From Antechinus flavipes (lineage: Eukaryota), in contig NC_067400.1 in assembly GCF_016432865.1 (NCBI RefSeq), positions 340,566,001-340,630,000 on the forward strand: 64,000 nt of DNA. Direction: 5' to 3'. The position numbers and the translations under genes were made by a program. The notes below the pieces were generated by a model. It was not told where the DNA came from. It was given only the letters and a program-made list of their open reading frames with translations, and made no database searches. Below are positions 24,530 to 38,480 of the stretch, piece by piece (position 1 is the first letter of the stretch; every line of letters starts with the position of its first letter).

Positions 24530-25030
24530 TTGTTGAATTGTTTCAATCATATCCTATTCTCCATGATCTCATTGAGGATTTTCTTGGCAAAAATACAGGA
24601 ATGATTTGCTATCTTCTCCTCTAGCTCATTTTACAGGTGAGGAACTGAGGTAAACTGAGGGTTAAGTGATTAACAGGATCACACAGTAAGTATTTGAGGC
24701 TGGATTTGAACTCAGGTCCTTTTAACTCCAGGATCAGTGCCCTATTTATCCATTGCTCCATGTAACTGCTCAATAATAATAATAGCTAGCATTTATATGG
24801 TGTGACACCATATTCTAGGTACTGCACTAAGCATTTTACAAATATTTAATTGATCCTCACAACCTTGTGAGATAGGTATATATCATCCCCATTTTATGAT
24901 CAAGGAAATGGAGGCAAAAAGAGTTTAATTGACTTGCCTAGGTTCACAAAGCTAAATAAATGTGTCAGGTTGAATTTGAAATCAGGTCTTCCTGACTCCA
25001 GGCCCAGTTCTCTATTCACTGTGATACCTT
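24530..25030 (-). mobile_element. Adjacent Mar1-type SINE (~24530-24770) and MIR (~24775-25030)
   Basis: Two successive CORE bodies ('ggaactgagg...ttgaactcagg'); an RTE-like tail on the first and a MIR tail on the second. Confidence 0.8.
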
Positions 25031-26289
25031 GCTGAGTCCCAGTTTCTTTACTGTGAGGAGAAAAGATGGGGTAGAGAAGATGATGTTTAAGTTCTTCTCA
25101 GAACTAATGTTCCAAGGTTCTGTGATGTCACATCTCTAGCTGTTTTACTGACTTTATTATGGATAATATTCCAAGATTGGCAATGGAAATGATGGCATTG
25201 TTAGGGATGATCTCTTGTAGAACCTTAGATAAAAGACATGGTGTGGAAGGCACAAATTCTGGTTTATTGGCTGCTTCTTTCTCCTTCCCTGCCTCTGTCA
25301 CCCAGTTGAACATGAGAACATGAAGAAAATTTATAGATTATGGAGCTGATGATCTGTGATGAGGAAGTTAGTCCTTCCTAACAGAGATTGAAAGGGATTT
25401 GTACCCCATTTTGTGGATATTCATATTTGTATAGAGGGTGGAAAGCCGGAAACTGTACAGCAGCAAACTTTGGGAAGATTTTAAAAGCCCATTATGGCAA
25501 TTTCCAACTTTCAGGATATAGAACCCACCAAAGCAGCCTTACATTGGGACCCTTGCAGGGGTCTCTGAAAGGGGGACTTTTACTGTTTCTCAGGTGAATG
25601 GCTGCTTATAAATTGGTCTTTTCTAGGAAAAAAAGTATAACCACAAAGGTATTGTGGTGAACATCTGGCTGGGTCTTCCTCTCTTCTCCTCCTCTTGACC
25701 AGGTAGAGGAATAGAGATCCTCAGAGACCACAGCTTGCTGGGGCCATTTTGGTTCAAGACCTCTCTTATCCATCATCCTTTCCTCTAACTTCTCTTCTCA
25801 CTTGTGAAAAAACCACCTTGCTAGAGGGGCCTGTGGTTCACTTGTATTCAGAGGGAGAAAGAAGTCCTGGATTCCATTTTAAAGTTATCTGATTGTTAGG
25901 CAATTTATTTGGTTATTAACAAAAAATAAATCAGTATCAATTCATTTAGTCATGAAGTTAGAGATTTCTTTCTTCTCTCCATTCTAACAAGAGTGATTTC
26001 TGCTCTAAATTACGAAGGAAACTTTCTAGCCAGTTTTCTGCTATGTAGTTAGAAAAATAGTCTTTTCCTACAATAGCGCCCATTTACCATGACCAAAATA
26101 TACATAAGGAAATGCACGTGTCTGAATTGACCACAAATGTTTTCTCTCTGAAGAAAAATGAGATCAGAATAATAAAACAATCAGGAGCACCTTTGACAAC
26201 AAGCAACTGGAACAGGAGAGGGAATAAAATAAAGCAAGAGAAAATCTAATTTCCTTTTGTCAGTTTCTGGGAGGGAGTGTTTGGTTCTT

Positions 26290-26530
26290 TCCAGAGACAG
26301 CTAAGTAGCACAGCTGGATTTGGAGTAAAAAACATAACTTCACATCTGACTCCAGATACTAGTTATGTGACTAGTTATGGGCAAGTCACTTAAGTATTAT
26401 TTGCCTCTGTCCCTTCATTTGTAAAAATGGGACTCAAAATAGCATCTATCTCTTAGTTTTATTGTGAGATTAAATAAGGTAAATTTTGTAAAGTGCCTGG
26501 CACATTGTAGGTGTTATATAAATGCTTATT
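26290..26530 (+). mobile_element. MIR SINE
   Basis: 'gggcaagtcacttaag...tttgtaaaaatggg...gtgagattaaataagg...aaagtgcctggcacattgtagg...aaatgcttatt'. Confidence 0.8.
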
Positions 26531-28720
26531 TGTTTCCTTCCTCTTTCCAGAGGTGTTTATTGATGTTCATAAGCCATAGGCTAGTAAACCTCCACAAGCA
26601 GGGATAGCATCTATCTTTTTGATTCCCATTGATTTTTTTTTCTGTATGTTTCTCAATTGCTGCTGCTGTCACCATTATTGCCGTTGCTGTTCCCATATGC
26701 TAGCCCTTGAGGTACTCAGAGTTGCTAGGGTATAAAAAAAGCCCAGAAACTTTCATTGAAGTTGCTCCCTGTAGATCTTTCAAGTACTCATAAAGGCCTA
26801 TATTTAAGTGTAAGAGCTGTGTGCGTATGCTATATTTTGTCCTTGTAGGTTATGGGTGTCTACATTGGTCTAACTACATGTAACTTGTAGGGAGGCATGA
26901 ATAAATATTTCCAGAGTGTGCTCTATTCACCCTTCTCAAAGAAAGACTAATTTTTGCTTGGAAGAGAAGAAGGAGGTTGGAACCAGAGGTTGACAACTAC
27001 ATCTTCCTCAGAGAAGGGATATCAGGCTAGAATTGTATCTATTTGCCCTCTCTAATTATTCGTTAATCTCCGGAAGATAATTCTTAGTTTCAGGATGAGC
27101 TCTTAATCAATACCCCTTAAGAAAGAGAAAGGAATGCCTCCAGCTACATATCTGAAGCTTGAATCCCATTCCACCAAATTGCCAATTGATAGCAAACAGA
27201 AATCAGAAAATTTAAACAGATGAGAATATATTTCAGACAATATGAAGAGTGAATGAATTCTTCAACTGGGAGTGAAATATTTCATCTCAATCAAGAGTAT
27301 TATCAGATCTCACTCAGGAGAAATTTCTCCAAGTCTCTATCATACTAAATTGGGGAAAGACACATGATGGAAATTACCAATTCCTCTTATGTTAACTTCT
27401 TTCCAGTCTTCCTTTCCCTTTAGGAACCTGAAGGTTATCTGAAACCTTATATTTTTTCTTCAAGTTGGAAGCTGAAAGGCCAGGATGTCTCTTTTCCCAA
27501 ACTTTCACTAATTCCATCCCTCCTGCAGGAACAGAGTATCAAATAATCAACTTCTCCCAGAGAAGAGAGTTCCCTGAAGATGGTCTTTGAGACAAAGAAA
27601 AAGAAACACAAAACAAGGGACAAAAGCAGCCTCTAGTGCAGGATTGCCTAGAAAGTACCTGAGCCCCTAAACTTTGTATGGATGGAATTGATCTCAGAAG
27701 GTCAGGAAGGATCCTGTTTGCCCCAGGTCCTTCACTGGAATCCTATCTTGCTGCCTCATCTGCAGCACAGAAGGAAAGAGACTATCAGCTTGACACTGCC
27801 CTTTCTTTTAACTGCTGTGGTACCCTGCCTCCTGGCTGCTGTTATGCGGTAGACAGAATGGGAGGGAAATAACCAAGATAACCAAGGGACTACTCAGGTT
27901 CTTTCATGTCAGATTAGAATGCCAAGTCTTTTTAGAAATGAGTCAACACACAGTCAGAAATGCTTTTCCTCAAAACTTCCACATTGTTAATTGGATGTCA
28001 ATAGAGAATATCTGTGCATCATCTGTATAGCCTCCAGGAAGGGCAAATTTGAGCATGATCTTCTTATAAAAATTTTTTGGTCAAAAGTTTAAAGGTTTTG
28101 GATGTTATAGACTCACAATTGGTGAATGTGCCTCATGTGCACATGATACAGTCTGTACCTAGGATGGGCATAGGAAAATTTATGAAACCTGATTTGTCTT
28201 TAGAGTTGTTTCCTTTATTGGCTTTTGTGCCCCTTTTTTCTGTCTCTTCTGCCATCATGCCTTTTCTTTTTCTTCTTTCTGAGCAGGTTTCCAATTCCTT
28301 CCTACTCTCCTTATCCCAATGTCCTTTTCTTCATTAATTATAATGCACAAGTAATATTGAGGACATAGAATTTGGCTAAGTAAAAGGATGTGACTGCATT
28401 TTATGTAGTGGATGAAATTATAGATCCAGAGTCTTAAATTCTAGGTTTGTCTTCCAGCTCTGCCATATACTAGCTCTGTAACTGTAACATAACATCCCCT
28501 ATAGTGGGATAGTAGTTCCTTGATTAAACTTCTGCCATCTGGGAGCATCCTGAAGAGGTAGATATCAGGTATCTTCTGGTGTGAAGAGTAAGATCAGAAG
28601 CCATAGCCACCAGAGTGTGGAATGATCTTCTTCCCATTATACTCTGCTGTTAATAATTTTTCTTATGCTGGGTTTAAAAAGGAGAGTGTTAAGGAGAAAT
28701 ATGTTTTTACATTTGGGAAG

Positions 28721-28722
<2 letters not shown>

Positions 28723-28764
<42 letters not shown>

Positions 28765-28850
28765 AACAAATATTCTTTCTTATTTCCAACCCTCATGTGT
28801 GTTTGTGTTTGTGTTTGTGTGTGTGTGTGAAACAGAGAGAGAAAGAGAAT
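28723..28850. repeat. Compound microsatellite: (TC)18, (TG/TGTT)n and short (GA)n
   Basis: Direct reading: TC at 28723-28758, TG-rich at 28797-28829, GA at ~28834-28848. Confidence 0.95.
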
Positions 28851-31079
28851 CTTAACGACACTGTCACTCCAAAAACTTGGGTGCAAACCATACTGTTGTA
28901 ATGGGATTTATAATTTTCATGTTAATAGGTATATCATATGTATAATAATCATACTAACTATTTAGATTTATTGGAACTTCCTTACTTTGCAGGAAACTCT
29001 GATTTGGAAGCTGAAATCTCAGTCAACACACTGTTGTTGAAACGACTAATCCAATCCCCTGATATATTAACAATCCCAGTTTTTGCAACTGCCAAATGAA
29101 CCAAAGCAGGTGCCTTATTTTTGTTTCTGCCATGCTAACTGTGGTTCTGTGCACTGCTGAACAATCACAAGGCTCATTAACCCTAACAACTTGGAAACGA
29201 TGTACTTAAAATCCAAAATGTCTGTGTTGGGGTCCAGTCATTCATAGATTTCAGACTTTAAAACCTACTTCTACCATAAGTGGGTGAGTCCCCCTTTTTA
29301 GGAAGAGGAACTCCATTTACACGCTATTTTCCTCCCTTTGAAATTAAACGTCTATCTGATTCCTAACTCTCCTATCTCTAGCTTAATCTGTTCAGCTCTA
29401 GCCATCCACAGGTTAGAGGCCGGTTTGGTCCAATTGACATTTAAATTGTTGGCAATACAAATAATCATGATGTAATTGTGGTATTAAGCATAGACTTCAT
29501 GGACAAATATTTAAAGGGATAGGCATCTAATTGTAGGAGTCCCCTTTGTATTTCCTTCTTCCTTCTGTTTTTAGAGGGAAAAATGGGAGATAAATCAGCT
29601 GGCTTTTGTTAAGGAGCAAGGAAGAATTTATCATATCACATGCCTATCTACATGTCCATCAGCTCTTAGCAGTCTCAGGCTTATATTTGGTTAGCACCTG
29701 ATCTTCATCAATCTTTCTATGTTCTTTAGCTCTTGATCGTCAGCAGAGTGTTGGGGTGGGGGAGAGTTAGGAGGAGGAGGATGAGTTTTACCCTAATCCG
29801 TTCTCCCTTTCCCCTCAGTTTGCTATAGCTGCTTCTCTTAAACAGAATAGAAACCCGTGTGATGTCTTTGTTTGCTTCTTTTTGGAAAAAGTCTCATCAA
29901 AAGCCAAACGGGAGTGGAGGACCTTTCAACTTCTGAAACACCCATGTTCTTCTTGTCTACCTGTCTCGAACTTCCCTGTTCAAGCTTCACTTTCCTTTAA
30001 AGGAGAAGTTGTATTAGATACTTTATAAAGTCTTTTCCACAATGGATATTCTTTGATTCTGTAAATGGGAATGAGCCTTGTGAACAAAGCATGTATTTGG
30101 AGCTAGGGAGGAGACTAATCTGGATTGGGCAATTAAGATTTATGCTAGAGACCTTTGTGAAAGATGGAATGGGGTCAGATTAACCGCTGCCTCATATTAG
30201 CTCCATCCAGCCTTGTTTTATATGCTAGTTGACATCATCTGACATCATTCTCCCTAAATATCCGGTCCAGCTGATTGAAGCTCCAAAGGGAGCTTATCCC
30301 TTCATCCCTGGTGCTTCCCATCCCACTCCAGCCCCGCAGCCCTCAGGGAGTAGAGATCTGGGCATCCATTCAGGCTCCAATAGCCGCTCCTTCACATCAG
30401 GTTGTCAACCAAGGGCCTGGAGTTAACTGTAGGTGGCCCCTTTTGGTGCCAGGCCAATATTAGACTAATGAGGGCTTCCAGAATGCTTCCTGTTTGTCAC
30501 CATCCAAAGCTAACTGGCCTCCAGCTGGAGAGTGAACAATAATGAGCTCCGTGCCAGGAGCACTTGGACCTCACATGAAAGCAGTGACTGCATACGTAAC
30601 CCTGCTAAGTGCCTTGGGTCTCTCTGTGTTCCTGACACACACACACACATACGTATATCATTTGGATTTCCTTCATCCTCTAATAGGGGCCAGTACAAAT
30701 AATTGGAGCTCAGTGCTATTGGCATTTGCATCTAGGAAACTGTCATTTAAGCTTTCTTGTCAGCGGGAAATAAATTGCTACAGAGTTGAGACAGATGATG
30801 GAAGGAAAAAAAAAACACCGAAAACTGGGGCTGACAGAGTTATCTGGGAGCCCAGGGTTATATAGATAACTTTTTCATGACCAAAAGAGAGAATTTTTAA
30901 GGAGAAGTAAACATGTCCAAAGTATAAGTACATTTTTCTTCCCTTCACTTGCCTCTCATTCAAACTTTCTGTGGTTATCATTATCTTTCCCGTAACTCCA
31001 TATCCATTGTTTTGCCAAGTCCTAATTTTGTTTCCATGGTAGCTATCACATTCATCCTGTTCTCTCCACTTTTTGTCAA

Positions 31080-31440
31080 TCTACAATTATTTATTAAAGG
31101 TTTATTACATGCTAAGCTCTGGGGATTCAAAGACAAAAAAAAAAAAAGAAGAGATAGTTTATACCCTAAAGGAGCTTCCATTCTATTGGGAGAGACAACA
31201 TGGTAAGTAAATATAAAACAAATGAACAGTAAACACAAAGTAATGTGAGAAGAAAAGCACTGATCTAACAGCTAGATGGGATCAGGTAACACCTCATAGA
31301 GAAGGTAGAATTTGAAATTAGATTTTTAGGAAGATAGGAATTGTAAGAGGTAGGAATGAAGAAGATGTGCATTCCAGTTATGGGAGTCAATCTCTGCAGA
31401 GGCACAGAGAAAGTGGATATTATGTTTTGTAGAAGATAGT
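31080..31440 (-). mobile_element. L2 3' region
   Basis: 'atttattaaagg...ctggggattcaaagacaaaa...aaggagcttccattctattggg'. Confidence 0.75.
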
Positions 31441-31519
31441 GGTATTGGGTTATGGAGAGGAGAGCTGGGCTAAACCATTTTACTCATTCTCTTCTCCTTT
31501 TCCTTTTTGTAGGTCAGAG

Positions 31520-32985
31520 ACTCTTTAAATTTTTTTAAAATTATTTTTCATTTAAAAGATATATTTCAATTATTAACCATTTTTTCTTGACCATTCATCC
31601 CTTCTCCCTTCTGCACTCATTTCTGGAGGGGAGGGTGGGGGATTCCAACAACTTGGTTCAATTAAACCTAGTCAAGCAAAAAAAAAACCCATATTGTTCA
31701 TATTCCCAAAGTAGTCCGCATCTTGATATATAACCTCTCCTTCAAGAGAGGGAAAGCATTCTTTGTCATTGGTCCTTGGAATTGATCACTGTTCATTTTG
31801 ACAATATTAACGTTTAGTATTAATTATTCTCCAGAGTCTGTTCACATCAGCCTGTTTTAGTTCATACAAATCTACGCAGGATTCTCTGAAATCTCCTCTT
31901 TCTTCATTTCTTTTAGCACAATAGTATTCCAGTATTCTAGTAGTATGCCATAGTGTGTTTGACCATTCTCCAATTAAAATTTTTGCTGTTACCAAAAAAA
32001 AATCTTTGTATATATAAGATTTTTTCTTTTTCTACTTTCTCTGATATCTTTGAGGGTGTAAATCTAGTAATTATGTCACAAAGGGTATGCACAATTTAAT
32101 AATTTTTGGGGAAAATTACTTTCCAAAATGGCTGGACCAATTATGTCACTAACACTATATCCATGTGCCTCTTTTTTTGTATAGCTCCTCCAAATTTTTT
32201 TTTTTTTGCCAATCTGATGAGTCTGAAGTAAAACCACATAGCTACTTTGATTTACATTTTTATAGTGATTTGAACTATTTTTTTTTCATATGGCTTCTCA
32301 GGGGAGATAGTTTGGCTTTTTACCATTGAGAACTGCCTGCCTGGTTATATTCTCTGGCCATTTATCAACAAAGGGAATAGCTTTTATTCCTATATATTTG
32401 AATAAATTCTCTATATATCTCAGAGAGGAAAACTTTATCAGAGGAACTTGCAACAAAATTTTTTCCCCAAGAAAACTTTCTTTTCTATTCTTATCTGTAT
32501 TGATTAAAAAAAATCATCAAAGTTGCCCAATTAAACTTTTGTGATCTTTTAGTTTTGTGTTTTAGTCATGAATACATCCTCTATCATGATCTGAAAAAAA
32601 ATTCTTATTTATGCTTCTAATCTGTTGATATGATCTTTTCTACCCAGGTCATGTATGCATTTGGAACTTATCTGAAGAGGTGTAAAAGGTGTTGGTATAA
32701 ATTTAATTTATAGAAAATTGCTGTTTAGTGCTTCCAGAAGATTTTTTCAAATGTGTCCTTACCCTGGTAGCTAGGATCTTTGATTTTGTGGAACACTAGG
32801 ATGTAAGATTTGTTTGTTTCCTTATTTTATGTATCTGATCTTTTCCATTGATTGTCCTCTCTATTTTATAGTCAATAAAAATATTTTGATGATTACTGAT
32901 TTTTAGCATAATTTGAAATCTTACACAGCTAGCATACTTTTCTTCCCACTTTTTTTCATTATTTCCCTTGAGATTCTTGCCATGA
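31520..32985 (-). mobile_element. Old L1 3' portion (ORF2 C-terminus and UTR), decayed
   Basis: Antisense L1 motifs 'ttgaccattctccaatt', 'ttccaaaatggctggaccaatt', 'gccaatctgatgagtctgaagtaaaacc', 'agtcaataaaaatattttgatgattactg'. Confidence 0.75.
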
Positions 32986-34559
32986 TGATGTACTATAGTC
33001 TTTCCATCTCCCTTTTTAGAGTTTTGGAGAAGTTTATTACTAGATTTGGTCTTGTGGTCACTCTATGTGTTTAGAACCTGGATACTAGATACTCTCTTGG
33101 ACTCCTAGAAATAGAGAATAGACCTACGATTCCTATTTTGGGGATGGGAGTAATGATCATCAATTACAATTATGTGTTTTGTAGAGATAAATGCTACCAT
33201 TTACTTTACAGTATCCCAGTGGAAGCCTAGTCTTGATATTTATGTTGGGTATGCAATGTGATCCATAGCACTTTAGCTGGTGAAAAGAATGGCTCCTAAT
33301 GCAAGAAAATGAGGGGTGTGCTATGTAGAAAATGGCATCATATATTAGTGCTTTCTAACTGAGGAGACAGCCGCTTAATTTGTTAGTGCCCGAACCAAGG
33401 TAATCTCCTAAGAATAGCAATATGTCTGACCTATGAATCTTTAGACTTGGTCTTTGCAGGGAGGAATTCTGAGCTCCAAAGATTTCAAACAACAAGAAAC
33501 CTTAAAGAGCAATTTTAAAGTACAATTTCTTCATTTTGTAAATAAGAACAGAAACAGTGGTTTGTCCAAAGTCATAAAGGTAATAAGTAGCAGAGTCATA
33601 ATTCAACCTCAAGCCTTCTGATTGTCAATCTTTCCATTGTACCTCATGATTTCACAACCCAGAGTAAGAAAAGATTAACTAGTTGACACTAAGCTTTCTC
33701 TATGAGGTGCTCTATTGATATAACCTTCTTCTTAGATAGCATGATGGCCATTCTGTGCTTAACTGGGAACATTCCTCCAGACAGATACATAGTAGATCCA
33801 TATAAAAGAGATAAGACACATAGCCTTGAAGTTTTAGTTTTGGTGGAAATGGCTTGTATGGCAGCATTCCTGAGGACAAGGTTGATTCTGAGACCTGAAG
33901 TGGTTAAAGCATGATTTTTCATCACATAGAACACAAAATAATTAAAATATTTCTTTTTGCCTTAATATGAACTTGAAACACTCATTTTCTTCTCGCAAAG
34001 ATTTTTGTTTATTCAGTCATGTTATTCAGTCTATATGCATTTATTAAATGCTTACTGTATACAAATTGTGCTAAACTTTAGGGATAACAAGAAAGACAGA
34101 AATAGTCCCTACCTTCAAGGAGCTTATAGTCTCATGGGGTTGGGGAGAGAAAAACATGTAAATAACTGGGTAAATATAAGCTATATACATATTAGTTAGT
34201 AGATTACCTGAGAAGAAAAGGCTTCAGACACTGGAGAAATTAAGAAAGTCTGTTGTGATTTTATCTGATTATAAATTAGTCATGAATTAGTTGTGAGGGA
34301 GAATAGTTAGAATTTTGGATTTGATAATAGAAAAACCATGTTTACATTTTGGTACTAATACTTCCTAGCTATTAATTCACTTTCTCCTTTTGAATCTTAG
34401 TTTTTTTTTTCATTTTATAGATGGGTATAATGTTTATACTCCCTCACTGTTTGTGTTTTAGGTTTGTCATAAAGATCTAAGGAGATGCGGAAGAGAGGTC
34501 TTTTGTTAGACTGTAAATCTCAATAGAAAAATAAGTTATTCTGCTTTTTTTATAGGGAC

Positions 34560-35010
34560 ACAAAACTGTAAACTAAGGGAATGCTCCTCATCTGAGAAAT
34601 AACAAATTATGGTATGTGACTCTAATGGTATATTATTGGGCCATAAGAAATGATGAAAGGGAGAAACTTGGGAAGAATTATATAAACTGATACAGAGTAA
34701 GATAAGTGAAAATAGGAAAACAATATATAAGATACATTAATTTAAAGAGACAAATTTGAAAGACAAGAACTTTGATGATGTAATGACTAATAATGATTTC
34801 AGAGGAGTATGATGATTTATGTTTTTCACTTTGTGATGGAAAGATGATAGACTCAAGATGCATAATGAGACATATCTTTTAGAAATAGTCAATGTGGGAT
34901 TTGTTTTGCTTAATTATACATATTTGTTAGAGGGATTTTATTTTTCTTTTAAGGAAAGGGAGGTGAAAGGGAAAGAAAACAAATATTCATTAATAGAAAA
35001 ATAAAAAGTT
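34560..35010 (+). mobile_element. Old L1 3' end
   Basis: 'aacaaattatggtatgtgactctaatggtatattattgggccataagaaatgatgaa...' ending in an A-rich tail; homologous to 1960-2400. Confidence 0.7.
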
Positions 35011-35387
35011 AAAAAAAGAAATATAATCTATGACAATGATAATCATGTTTAGTCATCTTGATAATTACCTTGCTAATGTCATATACTTGCATGTTTTGAT
35101 GGGAGCCAGGAGAAAGGTTAAGGAGTAGGAATGCATAACGATATAGATGTGGGTAGTTAATAGAGGCTTGAAAAATCATAGGGTACACAGAATGATTGAA
35201 TTAATTAAGAGGCACAGGACAAAAAGAGGGAATCTTCAATTTCACATTTTTTAGCCAAGGGTTGTCAGGTTTATTTTAGCTGGCTTGGGACAAGTGGAAG
35301 TCATTCTCAGAAGTATCTTTCACAGTTCGTTGCAGCAACATGAAACATATTCTAAAAAGGTTTTGCATTCATTTAAAAAATTAACAC

Positions 35388-35875
35388 TACTGAAATGAGC
35401 AGGACCAGAAGATCATTATATACTTCAACAACAATACTAAATGATGATCAATTCTGATGGATGTGGCTCTCTTCAATAATGAGATGAACCAAATCAGTTC
35501 CATTTGTTCAAAATGAATAGAACCAGCTATACCCAGTGAAAGAACTCTGGGAAATGAGTGTGAACTGCTACATAGCATTTCCAATCCCTCTGTTTTTGTC
35601 CACTTGCATTTTTGATTTCCTTCTCAGGTTAATTTTACCTTATTTCAAAGTCCGATTCTTCTTGTACAGCAAAATAACTGTATGGCTACGTATACATATA
35701 CTGTATTTAACATATACTTTAACATATCTAACATGTCTGCCTGCCATCTGGAGAAGGGAGTGGGGAGAAGCAGGGGAAAAGCTGAAAAAGAGAGTTTTGC
35801 AAGGGTCAATGCTGGAAAATTACCCATGCATATATCTTGTAAGTAAAAAGCTATAATAAAAAAAAACTGTTAAAA
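35388..35875 (+). mobile_element. L1 3' UTR (younger subfamily)
   Basis: 'atgatcaattctgatggatgtggctctcttcaataatgag...gttttgcaagggtcaatgctggaaaattacc...taaaaagctataataaaaaaaa'. Confidence 0.9.
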
Positions 35876-36818
35876 AAATTAAAATTACTGATTTCCTTAT
35901 GTTAGTTTCCCTGTAGCATACATTTGAATTGTAACTTGCCATTTTAATGAATTAAGTTATTTTGTCGATTTAAATTTTGGTTTATGAAGAAAATGTTTAC
36001 TGTATTGAAGAAACCCCTTTCTTTGTGACTCATTTAGATTCTTTGTTTTGCCCTGTGTATGGATATACTAAAGAAGACAATAGAAGTTTCTTTCTTCCCT
36101 ACTATTATTTCAGAATTGCTGCTTAACTATACCCTTTCACAACATCTCTGCTTCAGACAAATATCAGCTTTTGGGAGCCAGTTACAATTTTTAGTTTGTT
36201 GAGAATTTTTTATTAAAGCTTTTTTTTTGTTTGTTTGCTTTCTTTTTGGTTTGAATCATTAAAAAGGAGCCTTTTAAAAATTGATCTTTCTGCCACTTTT
36301 GTATAAAACATAATGGGTTTGGGGCTCCTTTTTTCCTTAGTTGGAAGAAATTGCAAAATGGTATTCATACCTGATTTATAAATTTTTGAATAATGAACTG
36401 TTTTTAATGTACTGTTTTCTTTTTCTTTCTTAAAATGAGGGATGATATGGGAGCTTTGTTTCTAGAACATTTCTTACTGCAGTCTCCCTATATCAGATTA
36501 ACCCTGGCAGACATCATTCTGTTCAGTTAAACAGACTTTTATTAAACACCTACTACATGAAGATAATTTTAATTTAAATTTAATTTACAAACTGTACTTA
36601 CTATACCTTGACTCACAGGCGTATAGCATCAGGGGAAGAATATTGATATTAAAAATGTGAGCCTTTGTTTCAAGAAAAAACTTAGGTCATTAAAAATATT
36701 GTACTGTTTCTCAAGTTCATTGTCTATTTGCATTATTTGATCAAGGTATATGTCCTAATGGACCATTTCTATGGATTGTTCATCTAATTACATATAATAA
36801 TCTTTTTATATGGAAGTT

Positions 36819-37230
36819 TGTAAGGGGGCAGACAATTCTGCCCTCATTATGCCACTTGTTGGATGGCATACCTTCAGTGAGAGAATACTGAGATACCAAA
36901 GAAAGAAGAACTCATACCAGTTTGGTTATTAATAGGTTAATTAACTTGATTGGGATATTTAATGGAGTTTGCTCACAAGATGCCATTCATCCTGGGATGT
37001 AGCAAGACAAAGTGGATCCCTGCACAAATCCCAGGCAAGATCAGGTATTATACAGGAATAGAATAAAGAGGGTATAGGGATACTCTAGTAATAATAAAAA
37101 AAGAAATAATATGAACTCTTGGAACTAGACAAAGTGGCCATCTGGCTCTGGGATGGAGTCCCTCCTGGGCCTTTCTCAGAAGGCCTGGATTTCATTAGTG
37201 CAGTTAACTACTTCTCCTGATGGTCTTACA
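36819..37230 (-). mobile_element. Putative old solo LTR (~412 bp), family undetermined
   Basis: Perfect 6-bp inverted termini TGTAAG...CTTACA; a U5-like end on the minus strand; no TSD seen. Confidence 0.45.
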
Positions 37231-38164
37231 TATCTCTCATTTATTCATTAATTATTCATCTATTCATTTATCTACTCATTTGTTCATTTATTCACTTATT
37301 TCTTTTTGAGGCAATTGGGGTTAAGTGATTTATTCAGGGTGACATAGCTAGTAAGTATCTGAGAATTTGGGAAGATGAGTCTTTCTGATGTCTCGCTTAT
37401 ATGCTACTTACAATTCACCTACCCATTTCTTACTGCTTTCTCATCAGCATAATTGAGTTTTTGCTAAGCGGTATGCTCTTAATGAGGTAAAGGGATTCAG
37501 GTCAGTGACTTAGGAAAGTATTGAGCATTTAGAGGAATTCCATAATCTTACTAAGAGTTTAGAATAAAGGCCCAAGTATTCCAGGAAAAAACTCAGGAAA
37601 AAAACCTAATTTGAGACATTAATATATCTTAGGGTTTCTTTTAGCTAGTTGACTTGGGTTTGTATCATCAAAGGTAAAGTTGAGTCTTGGGGCTATTAAT
37701 CTAAAGCCTTAGCTGCCCTGTCCTTCTAGGGAAAGAAACCATACAGTAGTTTCACAATAGAGAGAAGAGAGTAGCAAGCACCCCATAAATCAATATATTA
37801 AACAGCTTGCCCAGTCATATCTCCTAGGATAGCATCATCTGGGGACATCAAAAGAGAACATGGGTGTCTCAGAACTATCAGACTAGTGATGTTCCCAAGA
37901 TGTGTATGCCTTCATGCATATAACTTGGCTACATGTGTTCCCTATGTATGTATTTTGGACATATGCTCTCTTCATTTGTTTTTCCCCTTGCTGGGGAAAA
38001 CTGATAGACTGGAGGAAAATTGAGTCTAGCATGCACCCTTATTTTGCTCTATACTTTGACTAAATGACTTTTGCTGGAAAATGTAATTTTGAAATACTTA
38101 TATTAATTTGAATTTTACCAGGACATGTGACAAAATATATTTTAACATCTATTGTGATTAAGGT

Positions 38165-38480
38165 AGAAAAGGAGGGGTTAAATGATAGGTCATTTAGGTA
38201 GATTTGTAACCAGTTGAATGAATGGACTCAAAGAATAATGGTTAATGAATAGATTGATGTCAGTTTTGGAGAATTGTTTCTAATGACATGCCAAAGGAAT
38301 TGATCACTTCAAGTTTTTTTTTTTTAACATCAATTTCTTGCTTATCTAACGTATGGAGACATGAAGCTGGGAGAGACTCTGAATGAATCAGGATCCAAAA
38401 TTCTAAGAGACTAGACATATAAATCATATCTAATAAGATAAAATTTAATAGGGGTAAATTTAAGGGTCTATGTTTAGATT
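38165..38480 (+). mobile_element. CR1/L3 LINE reverse-transcriptase fragment
   Basis: 'tagatttgtaaccagttgaatgaatggactcaaagaataatggttaatg...atgaagctgggag...aaaatttaataggggtaaatttaagggtcta' tracks the CR1 motifs RWI.NWL..RxQRVVING...KLG...KFN..KCKVL. Confidence 0.75.

Noticed and set aside
33689-33934. Overlapping 81-aa and 70-aa ORFs on opposite strands
   Set aside because: No recognisable domain or splice signals; lengths are within the background of the track
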